Source of the DNA: Lingula anatina
Lineage: Eukaryota > Animalia > Brachiopoda
Assembly: GCA_051362555.1 (NCBI GenBank)
Contig: CM120641.1
Span: 1,550,001-1,614,000 of the forward strand
Length of the DNA: 64,000 nucleotides
Reading direction: 5' to 3'
Of this stretch, positions 45,905 to 58,399 are shown in pieces. Under the pieces are notes generated by a model. That model saw only the letters and a list, made by a program, of their open reading frames with translations, was not told where the DNA came from and made no database searches. Position 1 is the stretch's first letter, and each line of letters begins with the position of its first letter. Position numbers and translations under genes: made by a program.

Positions 45905-46816
45905 CTTTTTTCTGTGATCACAAGTCTTGTGTTTTTACGTAATTATTTCATTTCTTGTCCCTCCTTGCCAGTTAGTGACTGTAAAAAGCCTGAGAAGCAG
46001 CATTACCCGGGGAGTTATGGTGGAACTGCTATGCATGTTATTACTCCTTCAAATATCACAGTCTGAAAGCTACTTTTCTTCAACGTAAACAAAGCCATGT
46101 TTTGCATCTACATTTCCCTTGCTCTTCATGTGAGAGTGACGCGTTTTAAGTAAATCTGTTCAAAGTCTAAAATTCACGTTTGTGCACCACATTATAAGCG
46201 ACCCGTCCTCGACACTACGCATGTAGTTATGTGACTGAAACCTAGACACACTAGCACTGGAAACAAATAATAATATCGCCACAGTTGATTGAAATAACTT
46301 AATCCGATTCTATTCATTCACAATCGAATCGATCGGATAATGCACCGAGTGGTTTGTGTTTACGTTTGAATTAGGAAGTACAATGTCAAATGCAACAGTA
46401 GGGGGCAACGGGCTTGGAAATGTTTCTATAAAATCTCTTTAGCCAAAGATTGGCATATAGATCCTTGCTTAACCGAGATTTAACCTGTTTTGATTGACAC
46501 ATTACACCGTTATTGTGAATTAAGCGTATGAAATGCTAAACTAAGGCCCTTTCGGACCCCGTGCGGCTCTTTCTTATCAAATCAAACACTGTCAATTTTT
46601 GAGAGTTCGTCAAATGAGCCAAGTTTTGCGTGTAAAGAACGTAATTTTAGTTGGAAAAAAGAAGAAAACTTTGTTTTGCGTCCGCACCGGAGCCAATGAT
46701 TGAAAAGCGAAAAAGCAAACCGCTATCGTCGAATGTTCACCCCCCCCCCCCCCCCCCAACGCACACACACACTCCCTTAGATCAGTTTTATCAGTAAAAT
46801 TAATCTGGGCACGTGA

Positions 46817-47512
46817 CTATGCTCTTATTTTGACGGCGGTACCAGGGGTACCAGTATCAAGTTTTTCATCTCTATCACTTTCACGTTCGATCTCTGTATC
46901 TTGTCTGTTCAACCCCTCGCCTGTTCTGATTAATACGTCTGTAAAATTTGTTTGTGATAAAATAAATAAAGAGACACTCATTTTATTGGCGTATTCTCAC
47001 GGTACAACGGCAACATTATTTTCTTTTTTAGCGCCATTTAATGCGTCCATAAGGTAGTTAATTGTTTTCTGTATTTTGTTACACACTACATTTGATCACA
47101 GACTTAAACTCCTATTATCATTTATTTCTCCTCGTGTCTGGTTTACCTAAATATTGGCATTCACTACTCAACTTGCAACTGCCTCCTTTGTCTTGAAACT
47201 TTTCAACAAGTAATTATTATCGTAACCTACAAGTAATTATTATCATAACCTGACTAGCCATGGCGCAACAGTATCCATACCCCAGGCAAGGGTTAAAACA
47301 ATACTTTCGTTGAATAATCGCTGACCAGTTTCTATGTTGTCCAGCAATTATAAACAGGTGTCGATAGGTTTGTTTATGTATTTTTCTTTTCATTGGCACA
47401 TTTATTTTCTGCCACGCAGGTCCAATATTCCATAATGTAAAAACAAAGTTGCATTCTAAACACCAGTTTTTAGTGCGGATTTGGCCGGTTTTGCGTTTTG
47501 ATCGCCAATCAT
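46817..47512 (-). CDS. Candidate small spliced ORF (~56 aa, longer if upstream exons are coding)
   Basis: Exons 47520-47464 and 46938-46817 join in phase: MIGDQNAKPAKSALKT-DVLIRTGEGLNRQDTEIERESDRDEKLDTGTPGTAVKIRA*. The mini-exon 47843-47812 (ctgtag|...|gttagt) is also phase-compatible. Confidence 0.4.
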
Positions 47513-48229
47513 GAACAATCCTAGGGAGTACCAGTTGTCTAATTCTCCGCTTATCAAAATATTTACCATTACCTATGGCGAATTATTAAAATATTTCTGA
47601 TGAATTTTCAAAAGACTAAAACAAAAGTTATGTGACCATTTGTACTGGTACATGTACGTAAGCTGTGGCCCCTCCCCCAGTGTCGAAAGGTCTGTTTATC
47701 GAATGTTCTTCCAAGTTGTATTTCAGACAATGTTGACGAACATCTTTGTTGTGTAAGGAATACATCGCTCCATGACAGGTGCATGGTGGAATTTGTACAT
47801 AATAAACTAACCTGTGGTGTTTTTACTAGTTGCCCTTGTCCATCTACAGAATGTATAAATGTTAGCTATATAAAGAGAGAAGGCGGGAGTCGTACATTTT
47901 CCCCTATATGTAGAAACTTAATGCAAAAATCCAGAATCGACAAATTTTGAAGGCCGAAAACAAGAAATACTCTATAGTGGCACAAATATTTCAAGCTGGC
48001 TTTTATGCATAGAAAATACGGCACTTTGTGAAATAAACATAGGGTGTGGACAAGGGTAGTATATCCAAAGCTTCCGCCTCAAGATTGTGGGAGTTACCTT
48101 ATATTACTTTTATGTAACATACAAGATCAGTTGCGTGTTATGGTGAAGTCCTTAGTGCTAACTTCCCAAATGTAAATAAATAAATATATGAATTTAGTCG
48201 ATAAAAAAATCCCGATCACCAAAATGTTC

Positions 48230-48660
48230 ATATTTCAGCCCACTCGCTGCTCTAGCTGCAGCTGCCTGTTACTGCGAGCCGTTTTGGATTGTCTCCGAAA
48301 AATATGACATTGCAGCAAACAGGGAAGATACACCCATTTTGTGAAAGAAAGAGTCGAAAAATGTAGTGGCTTGAGTTCCAGAGTATTTGATATTTTTGGC
48401 TGCCCAAAACGTCGGAAATCTGTGAACAGTCGGAAAAGTCTTTATCCCCTCAGTAAACGGGTGGCGTTTGTAGAGAGATAGCCTAACACATCCCCCCTCC
48501 ACACCGTTCACGTGGATTGAAACCAGGCAGTGGTTAAGTGCTCAAAGCTTGGAGAGATGCTGGCGGAATTTGCATGACATTCGTGACGGAGTCGCGTGAG
48601 GTGCACGGAATATGACGTTTGTCGTCGTGTCAGAAATGCGGGTTAGAAGGACACTTGTAA
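48230..48660. promoter_or_regulatory. CpG-rich promoter-like island, probably driving the minus-strand transcript(s) to its left
   Basis: Local GC/CpG enrichment, CACGTG, ATTTGCAT octamer and TGACG motifs. Confidence 0.4.
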
Positions 48661-49690
48661 AAATATTCAAAGATCGCACATGTTATATAAGAGGTCTTTA
48701 CATCCGCTGCTCTCGTCATGAAATATGCCGTTAGAAGTTTAAAACGGCTTGAACTTACTGAAAATGTTTATTCTGGTTCTGCAAGGTAGATCATACAATG
48801 AGCGTTCTTATGTATTTGTGACTATCACATTGCTATGTATTGCAAAATTTAAATAATGCTAAGTTTCTATATCTCTGAGCAAAGCATTCTCATTGCAATC
48901 CAATGCTAGTCCACAACCATAGATACACGTTACAAATATTCAACATCATCAAATAATTTCTATCATTTAATAATTAATCATTGAAGGTACTTTTATATGT
49001 TTCTGAAGTTTTATGGAAATGGTAAACACATGGTTTAAAAAATCCTTGACATATTCTTGATGTTGACAAAACAAGTCAAAATTCTACAATATACAAAAGC
49101 AGTAAAATAGGTCAAAAGAAAGAGACAGAGGAAATTTAATTTAGTGAATTAAATCTCACATTACAGTTCAATTTCAGTCTTATGTCTATGTTGGAGGTAT
49201 AATATCACTACTTGACACATGGTTACAAGTTGTTTTACTTCAGCGCCTATGTTCAATATATTTATAAAATACAGAGTATGTGAAAAACTATTTTGATAAT
49301 ATGTCACAACAATATGTTCACGGTATGCATGAAAAATACATGTAATTAAGTAAATTTAAATTTATTCAAATCAACAGCTTTTTCATATCTGTAAGTGCTT
49401 TTTCATATCTGTAGTAAAACTTGTAAAACACATTAAAATATATGATATCTAACTTTTATAAAATTTTTTAATATCTTTTGCACACTCCTCTTAAACCTAA
49501 AAGAATGAAATTTGCATGTGTCCTATAATACATCACATTAGATATATCACAATAACCCAACATAGTATCTAATCCTTTGCACAAAATAAAACAATTAATT
49601 AAAATAAATAAATAAAATAAAAATAAAAACAAAATATAATCTCAAATATTTCTCTTCAAACCAGTTCCACGTAATTTAAGTATTATAAGC

Positions 49691-52600
49691 CTACAAAGGC
49701 CCCACAGGCGTGGTGTGAGGAGCTATCATATCATCAAACAGTGGCGTATACACCACATGGTCTGCCGAATATCCGAACGCCTGTGGGCCAACAACTTTCA
49801 ATGCTTCAGGAGATCGCATGACAGGCGAGACTGGGAGGGCAAATACGACCACACGAAGCCCATAACGCATTTCCTCGGTAGGGATGGGTTCACCGGCATC
49901 CTTGGTTACCATGGTGATCAAGTCTGGTGTACATGCTAGTGTCTGAAATATAGGAAAATATTTCTTGAAACCTGATAGGATTTTTCAGAATAGGCCTAAC
50001 TTCACATGCCTACACTTTTTGACTAAGAGTACCGTGAATTGGATAGATCGCCCAAGTATAAAGATGAGTAATTTTGAGTATTGAAACATCCTATATTTTA
50101 CAGACCTCAAAATTATGTCCATCTTTCGTATGTCTGGCAACAAGAAGCTCATTCTGAAAATCCACATGTAAGTGCTGGCCTGAGAAAGGCTCCGTGCCTG
50201 CTACCTTGATCTTTCCCCTTGTGAAACCAGCCTCTGTGGACCTTTCCACATCCACCACCTTTTTACAATAAAGAAATAACAAAAATACATGATAATCATA
50301 AACTTTCATAATTCTAAAAAACGCTGAGGAGAAGTCACAAAAATTATATAAAACTAAAATTAAAAATTCAAATTAATCACATAATGGAAATGGTTGAAAG
50401 AAGAAAAATGAACTGATTTTAAAATTGTAGAAGTCACTCTCCATTAGCAAGGGTTGAAACTTATGGTGACCATATTTTTATGAAAAAACTTGATGAGATA
50501 GCTTAGATGAGACGTTTTTAACATTATTTCCTAGTAACATGGGGGTCCATCAAGTCACCCCTCAGCAAAGAAAGTCCTGATTTCCTAGGCATGTAGATGA
50601 CAGTGTAACAATGAGCTTAAACCATCATCTATACATTCTTATTACTTTGATGATGGTGCCTGTTAATCTTCCATTTAAATAAGTGGATTTCAAATTAATG
50701 AGATCATTTTCTGGGAAAAAGCTTTTAGGCAGACAATTATTGTACTCTACAAAATTACAAACACACTCTACAACATCTGATACGAGACGGCAGGAAAATA
50801 TCATTTGAAATGTACCTGCCGTCTGCTTGTAACATAAAGCTATAAATAATGTTGTCTTTAATCATCCTACCGAAATAATCACTTAAGGTGCACTTGGTAA
50901 TGAGTATTACATGATGGACTTTTAGCTCATCATGAAATATATTTGGAAAGCAAAATCCGTTTTCAAAATATCACCTTGCCAACCAACAGCACTTTCCCCC
51001 CACTCTCCTGTATCACAGCATCCACAATGGAAGACTTTTGTTTGCGTGCACATAATATACTGTTTCCCAGCCTCCAAGTCTGGCTCATGGAGTACAGAAC
51101 AGTGGTCTTCATCATCTCATCCTTGTTCAGGGGAGCCATAGTGAGCCCTGCAGCTAACCTGAAAAAAAAGGTGCAGTGATTTGTTTACTTGGCTGTTTAT
51201 TTGTTTGCTAGTTTAATCATTCACACAATACTGGCCAAGACAATTCATTAGTGGGGTTATATAATAAATCTCAAACAATCAATACTCTATGCTTGTTTGC
51301 TAATGTCATATGGATGATGGTGTGAATGTCTGTGGTTACTTGCACACATTTTCATTGAAGAAAACATGTATCTACTATGATGTATATAATGAAACAAAAG
51401 AAAAATCTTCTTGTAACCACTGGATTCAGGATCATATTTCATCATAACATGATGTCAAACCAAATATAGGTTTTTGAGGTAACAAAAGACTTAATGAGCC
51501 TCTTTTCAGGTATACATGTAGTATTCAGTCTGGATTTCAAACCTGATTCTAGTTATTACCAAGAATGCATTACCAAGGTGTTACTTATAATTACAATACA
51601 ATGCACAATGTGCTAGTAAATACAGAGGCGAATTGAGACCGTCTTCTGGGTCTTCCGGAAAACGGTCAGATTTTAAAGTTTATATTGATGGGTATCTATT
51701 TTTTTCTGTTGAAAGACCATCAAAACTGGAGGATGGATCAACAACGATAATTTGGAATACTGTCAGAAAATATCTATGGATCCCCTCTTGAAGTAATTGT
51801 GTGTGACCATATTTGATTCTTTATTACACCATTAGCAGTTTTCAATTTCTCATTCAGGAAGACAGAAAGGGAAGGCAGAAACTGCCTCTTTCATTTCTTC
51901 TCTCTGTCCCTCTAATACTATCTCTCACTCTTATCAAGTGATGGTCACATGTATAACATCAAGTAATACTAATAACTTGACACAACTACAAAAATATTAA
52001 TAGTTTTCTTTCTAAATTACGTGACATAACTTTTTTTACTACCTCAATAAAATCACTTAGAGTAATGTTGATAATTAAATCAACGAGATTACTATAGCAA
52101 CTGATGACAGCAAATTACATTTATATTTGAACAGAATCCCCATGGTATACGCCTGTGTTGACATAACAACATACTGTACTAGTACAAATAAATTTATCAG
52201 GCTTCAGCTTGTTCCCAAATGGAATTTCTTTGGTACTTTTTACTTAATTAACACCATCTTAAATTGCTTTTATGGATTCAAGAAGTGGAAAATGAAACAA
52301 ATAAAATCAAATCCCCAAGGTTAGTGAACTTACAAGCCTTTTTTTCTTGGATAAATTCAATAATTGAAAAATGACACCATCAAAATCATCAAAATGGCTC
52401 AAATCCAGAAAAAAATCAATTAATAAAAATGTAGTCAGAATAAAAGAAGAAAAGATAAAAGAGAACAAAAATTCTCACAGAATGTAATTCGATAATAACC
52501 CTTCAGCTAAATGAGATAAACTTCCTGTGGTAATATTCTGATGCAAAAAAAAAATATAAAAATAATAATAATAATAATAAAAAAATAAAAATAAACTAAA

Positions 52601-55600
52601 AAAAATAAAATGTTTTATCTGTTGTGAATTAGTACTATTTTGGTAACAAGAGATCCATGGCTTCACATTAATGTATCCATGATGGGTATGTGTTTTCACA
52701 AAACTTATTAATTTTATTATGACCATTATTTTTGAAAGAAATTATTTGTTTAAAGATTCATTGGAATGGATAAAATAGTGTACGTGTCCAAAAAAGAAGG
52801 ATAGTTACATTTCATACACTGTAAGATAAAATGCAAATAAAATGAAGAAACAACTGTAAAATGTCTTTTTAATGTATAGAAGAATTAATTTACCCCATGG
52901 GTTGAATGGCGGCTCTAAAATGATTCTCGATGTCCTTGGCTGTTCCTGCAGTAAGGATCACCCCCTGGTTTCCACAATCATCTGTAATGCATGCTGGGGC
53001 CATATCTTTACCATAGATAGATGGTGCAAACATCTGTCAAAACAGAAAAAAAACTGTTCTTACTATCTTTTTTTTGTGAATTCAATTATTATGCAGCATA
53101 GAGCAACACTTTTTATACTTATGATCAATGTTGCCAAACAGCACATATAATTGTGTCCCCAGAACAGCAGTTTTAAAAGTTGCTTGACTTGTTACATTAT
53201 AATTATTACTCAATATAAGGTTTACTAGTGCTGTTTGTCCTTGGCCAATCCTAAAACTGTCAAGAATGCAGTTTTATCAATCACTACAAGCAATTAAAGA
53301 CAGCCCATTAATCACCTTAAAAGGTATTACAAACATTTTTCAGTGTTCGTCTTTGATGAACACGGCCAGTATATCCAATATTGCAAATTTGGTCAAAACA
53401 ATCAAATTTGTAATGCTTTTAAGGTTATTGTGATATACAGATCAAAAGTAACATTCTGAAAGCTACAACAAACATTTTTACCCATACCTTGGGTCCATCG
53501 TGTAGAATGGGTCAAAGTCTGTATATTGTGCCAGAACAAATAATGTGTTACACATGCAAACAGTTACTGGTATATGAGTTCTGTTTTCTGTTATATTTTT
53601 GTTTGTTAGTTTCATAGTTATTCATTTTCTGAAGTTACTCATCTTGATATATCAACTAGTGTTGTTTATGTCTACCCTCACTCTTCATAATACCTCTTTG
53701 AAACACCGAGTTTCTCTCCAAGTGTGTTTTAACTGTATATACATGTATAATGTACTTTATAAATAAAAAAGCACACCAAACTTTACACTGTTATTATTTG
53801 GAATCCCAAAAATAAAGAGAAAGGGAAAGAGAGAAAAAGTGGTTTTGGCAATTCATCAGAATTTATACAAAAATTGCTTGGATTTAAGGGAAAGTTGAGA
53901 GAGAGAGAGAGAGAAAGAGAGAGAGTGAGAGGGAGAAATAAACATTATCTCTTGAAAAGATCAGCAACAAAAATGTATATTTTTCGTAATGTTTTCGTGA
54001 TAATAATCACTCACATTGAAACATAAATAATTATATATGAAACAGCTATTTTTTGCTTTTGTCACAAGAGCACCATCAGGTGGAATTCCCACTATTCCAA
54101 TACGTACCTGAAGTTCAGGGAAAGCTCTCCCCATGCCGTCACAGTCTACAACAGGCAGGCCAATCTCTGCAGCCACTATAAGAGGCTCCATGGCATTCCA
54201 TCCACCAATCTCTGCACACATGATTGCTGCTAACTTCCTGGCACCCATTGAACCTGTTCTCTCTGGTGGGTGCGGGTATGCTGAAATATACCTTATACCT
54301 GCCCCCTCTTCCAACTTTAACCCATCTGAAAAATAATGAAAAATAGTGTTTTTTTTTATTAAACATTGGGTGATTTTTTCATCAACAAAATTAAGATTGC
54401 AATTAAAATGTCTGGCATTTGTATCATGCAGCTATTTTATCATACACTACCATAATATGCCATGCTTGTTAAGTATTGCTTTATTGGGCAAAATGCATAA
54501 GAACACTAGCCCTCTGCCTGGGGGTAATGTTGGCCCACCAACTGAGCAATACATGTATCACCAAAATGAGATTAACAGATATTGTCCAGTTTTCTATCTT
54601 GAAGCCATTTTTAGGTCATGCAATAACTATAGGTTTCCTCTCAAAAATATAACAAAGAGCAAATATCTCACCAGAGTTCTTCAGTTGACCATCTTTATAC
54701 TGGTGTCTCAGGTATAAGTCTTCAAGAACCCGTAATGCAGTGGGCAGTTCTCTGCCACAAGGAATTTTCTCCGTCAAAACTAACGGTGCACCCATGAATG
54801 CTACATATGCAATCACATCTTCTTCTGACAGGTGTGGATAGAGCCTAAAAAGTGTGATTTAAATTTTGGTAAATGTTAAAGAACTTCAATACCACTTGTA
54901 TTATATTAATCTACATAGATTCCTGGAGATTCAGTAACCTTTAATTCAATACCACTCATTTATGATATCACTAAATCAATTGTTTAAAATGATTTATAAT
55001 CTTACTGGGATATAATAAAGAATTAGTGATAGTATATCCCATATATTTCATCAAAGGCCTGTGAAATCTGCAGTATAGGCCAGATCAATTCCTATGTACC
55101 AGATGACCACGTCAAGCCAGTTATCCCATTGTCTGTGGCTCAGCGGGATTTTTCTACACACTAATGATCATACAGAGAGACATCACTGCATATGTGACAA
55201 TAAAAATCAATACGAAAGCATTATTACTATCATTTGGCAAAATACAAGTGCCCTCTCAGGCCAGTGTCCTTGGGCAAGTGCACTCTCAGGCCAGTGTCCT
55301 TAAGCAGGTGCCCTCTCAGGCCAGTGTCCTTAAGCAGGTGCCTTCTCAGGCCAACCACTTATTATATCAGATGCATGGTCAATTAATTCTGCCAATGCAC
55401 ACTGCCTTAAGGAATTATCTTATCAACAAAAAATTCAGTTTCCTCAAAGAGCCTAGGGCATTGATTTGCATGCTTCATGCATAAACTATTTTAGAAATGA
55501 CCTTCACTGTCATACAAGAATCACTGCCCACAATCCTCAGAGAGAAATTTGAATTCTCTTTGAGGCCATTCAGAATGAGAAGAGCCGAGTGCTAGCTAGG

Positions 55601-57166
55601 CCATGACCTAAATATGGTGGACCTACATGAAAGGAAGACCGTTTAATCCTGTAATGGTCTCTCTGTCTCTCACATGGCTCCCCACGTTCACTCGGCTCTT
55701 CTCATTCTGAATGGCCTTTTTGTCACACAGAAATGATCTTTGTTAATCATCAACAAACAATTTATTACAATATACCACAACATGAAACATCCACAACCCA
55801 TGGGTTTAGATCCTAGATCAGGCTAGTAGCCATCAATTTCAAAAGTGGGGTTCTTTTTCCCCCCAAAAAAAGGGCCCTCTACAATGAAACCTTTGTGTAC
55901 TTAGATCAAATATTACCCAGAATGGACCTTTTCCTGACAAAAAGAGTTTTTTTGAACCCCGACGCGCCTCCCACCCCCACCCACCCACCTATAGTTATGG
56001 CCTATAGATTCATTGCCAATGTTCCAATGTTGTTACTGACAATACCTCACATGCACCTGTAGGTTTCATTTTCTTAAGACAATTAAGACAAGACTTATCT
56101 GCTCTCTGCACAATTAACTAATAATGACTGCGATCATCACAATAATTTCTTGGTATTTATTCTTAATGAAATATGCTATATGTCTTTTGGCAAAGGCACT
56201 GCCAGCTAGATTAACTTCAGAATAACCCAAACCTTTCTTAGAGACTGTAATACCAACATATATTGGTATCATGATCTAGAACCAGGACAAGGCACTGTGG
56301 TCTATGTCCAGTTTTCCCCATTTATAACTTTGATTTATTTATAACTTTGATTTCAACATTTATGATCAAATGTGCAATCAACTCATCAAACTTAAATTCA
56401 TAATGAAAGCATCAGAAAAGTTTTCCCAAATCCTTATTCACAAAAGCTTCTACCTACCTATCAGGTGTAACTATCTTTATCTTCTTGCCCTCTTTCAAAG
56501 CATGAAGACATCGAAGTCTGCCTAAATATGGGCTGCCACCCCCTCCACACCCCATTATACCAGCCCCTACACTGATACATTCTATATCCCAGGGAGAGAG
56601 CTCCCATTCTCCACTGGGGGTAATGGTAGGAGGCACCTGCTGGGCTGTCACCTCAGTGAGGGTGTGATCCTTCAATCTCTGTTCCTCTGCTCTTAGCTGT
56701 TCCTCTGATACTGAAGTGGATATATGTATATATACACACGAAAAATAAAAGAAAAAAAAAGAAAAATTATTGAATCACAAATCTCTTTTTCACCAGTGTT
56801 TTCACCATGTTTGGCTCTTTGGGGGCGGGGCTGCATACATGTGTGTATGTGTGTGTATGCATGTATGTTAAATCATTAGATGAAATGAGAAAAATCTGAA
56901 AAAACTAACTAGTGATTAGTCACAGTTAGGATTTACTATGCCTTAAATTTTAACTGGTATTCAATTAAACTACTGAAATCAACCTTATTCAAAAATCTAC
57001 CTTCTCCTGGTATTTCTGGAGGTACAGGCAGGGATCCTCCTGGTTCAAAGATTGTATCATGTTTTGTGCTGCCATCTAGTGTCTGCAGACTTCCCACAGC
57101 ATGTATGTGTATCCTGGTGGCATTACCTGGGAGATAGGCCAGGGGAACCTCTGCCACCTCTGTGAT
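49691..57166 (-). CDS. Hydantoinase/oxoprolinase (HyuA-like) + DUF917 (S-methyl thiohydantoin desulfurase-like) fusion, last 8 exons; 5' part outside the window
   Basis: Phase-consistent exons 57166-57001, 56710-56458, 54844-54672, 54325-54108, 53033-52894, 51158-50975, 50258-50106, 49942-49691. EVPLAYLPGNATRIHIHAVG is the C-terminal signature of the hydantoinase-A part. GAGIMGCGGGGSP, EIGGWN, VVDCDGMGRAFPELQM, GFTRG, FQNE, PDLI, EEMRYGLRV and VVGPQAFGY are DUF917 motifs. Confidence 0.9.
51623..51790. mobile_element. Diverged copy of the 168-bp MITE
   Basis: Co-linear with 21640-21806. Confidence 0.8.
55245..55333. repeat. 30-bp tandem repeat, about 3 copies
   Basis: GTGCCCTCTCAGGCCAGTGTCCTT repeated. 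Confidence 0.85.
55563..55717. mobile_element. 155-bp MITE with 29-bp perfect TIR
   Basis: AGGCCATTCAGAATGAGAAGAGCCGAGTG / CACTCGGCTCTTCTCATTCTGAATGGCCT. Shares CCATTCAGAAT with the 39690 element. Confidence 0.88.
55819..56003. mobile_element. Copy of the 11544-11695 repeat family
   Basis: Co-linear similarity. Confidence 0.6.
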
Positions 57167-58280
57167 CTGAATGGGGCAGGGGTTTTCAATTAATTTCATA
57201 ACACTTTTTTTAAGATAGATGAAAAAAAAGTTACCACTGTGACAAAAAGGGCAGAAACATGACAGAAATAATAACATATTCAGAGTAACTTGGATGCTAT
57301 CAATAAAGTGATTAGTTCCAAATACTTAACAAAAATTGATAAAGTAGTCACTTTAACAACTTTCTATCAAACCAAATTTAATGGATTTGTCTGTTCAATA
57401 ATAAATGTGTATTGACTAAATAATGAACCATATGCTAAAGGAGACATGCAATGTGAAATGCATGAAGACATTTTCAAAGGACATGCAACATAATACACAA
57501 CGAGTCATTTTCAAAGAAGCAACATTCATTTTTCCTTTAGCTATTCTGTCAATCATAAAAGAAATTTACATTTATTCATGCCATGGATAGATATAAATTG
57601 TAATTAATGGATTCAATAAATTATGTATCACTAAGGTCCACAAGTATTAAAAGATACTCAGACACATAAATTGAATTAGAAACCAACTTCCATTTGCATC
57701 TGATGGTAAATCCTAATTTGATAAATAGAGTTTTGGAATGTTGCCAACATTCAATTTCCTAAGATCAAAACTTCCATTTATTTCAACAAGGGCTGCTGAC
57801 CCTCTGATTATACTCTGACTATATTTGCCCGTACGAAGTAGGATTCCATCCATTTAATTGATTCTTGAGTAGTCAAATAAATTTTCCTTCTTCAATTCAA
57901 ACATCATAGTTTCCTTTGGGAGACAAGAGCATGTATTCTGGCAAATACAAGCATAAATTTACATAGTGGGAAAGCTTACAGCAGAGAAACCAACAGATCT
58001 AAGCTAGTGCAACACCGCTTTAATATTATTGCAGAAAAATTGATTCAAAATTATTGATGTACTATATGTCAAAACATAACACTTCATATTCTCAATTAAC
58101 TTCAGCCAGTTTATACAAATAATGTGTTGTAAGTCTGCATACTTAATCTCCTGCTCATAAATAGCCTGGATAGTCGACTAGTAGCTAAACTCACAACTGT
58201 TGTTGTACAATAACACAAGAAAAATAGGGGTCTCTAGTGGACTTAATGTATCACAGCGACTGCCACTGCCAGGACTGGCA

Positions 58281-58399
58281 TATATAAGGCAAGGAACTTG
58301 AAGCAAGGGCTCAGGAAAGTCACTGATATAGCTGCAACTCTCCTGAAGACCACAAAACCAAATTACCTCAGATTAGGAACCAGAGACAGCATCAAACAG
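58281..58399 (+). promoter_or_regulatory. Candidate TATA promoter and non-coding first exon, antisense within the hydantoinase intron
   Basis: TATATAAGG at 58281, Inr-like TCAG 30 nt downstream (58311), strong donor CAG|GTAAGA at 58399/58400. Confidence 0.45.

Noticed and set aside
45106-46066. Several plus-strand ORFs
   Set aside because: Antisense shadows of the 332-aa CDS.
50699-50940. 12-nt matches to the 5' ends of bantam (50699) and miR-12 (50901)
   Set aside because: The 3' halves diverge and no proper precursor stem forms; consistent with chance in AT-rich DNA.
53488-53518. 31-nt AG/GT-bounded segment on the minus strand in a hydantoinase intron
   Set aside because: It would frameshift, the acceptor is weak, and the flanking exons join cleanly as FPELQ-MFAP. 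A poison exon cannot be excluded but has no support.
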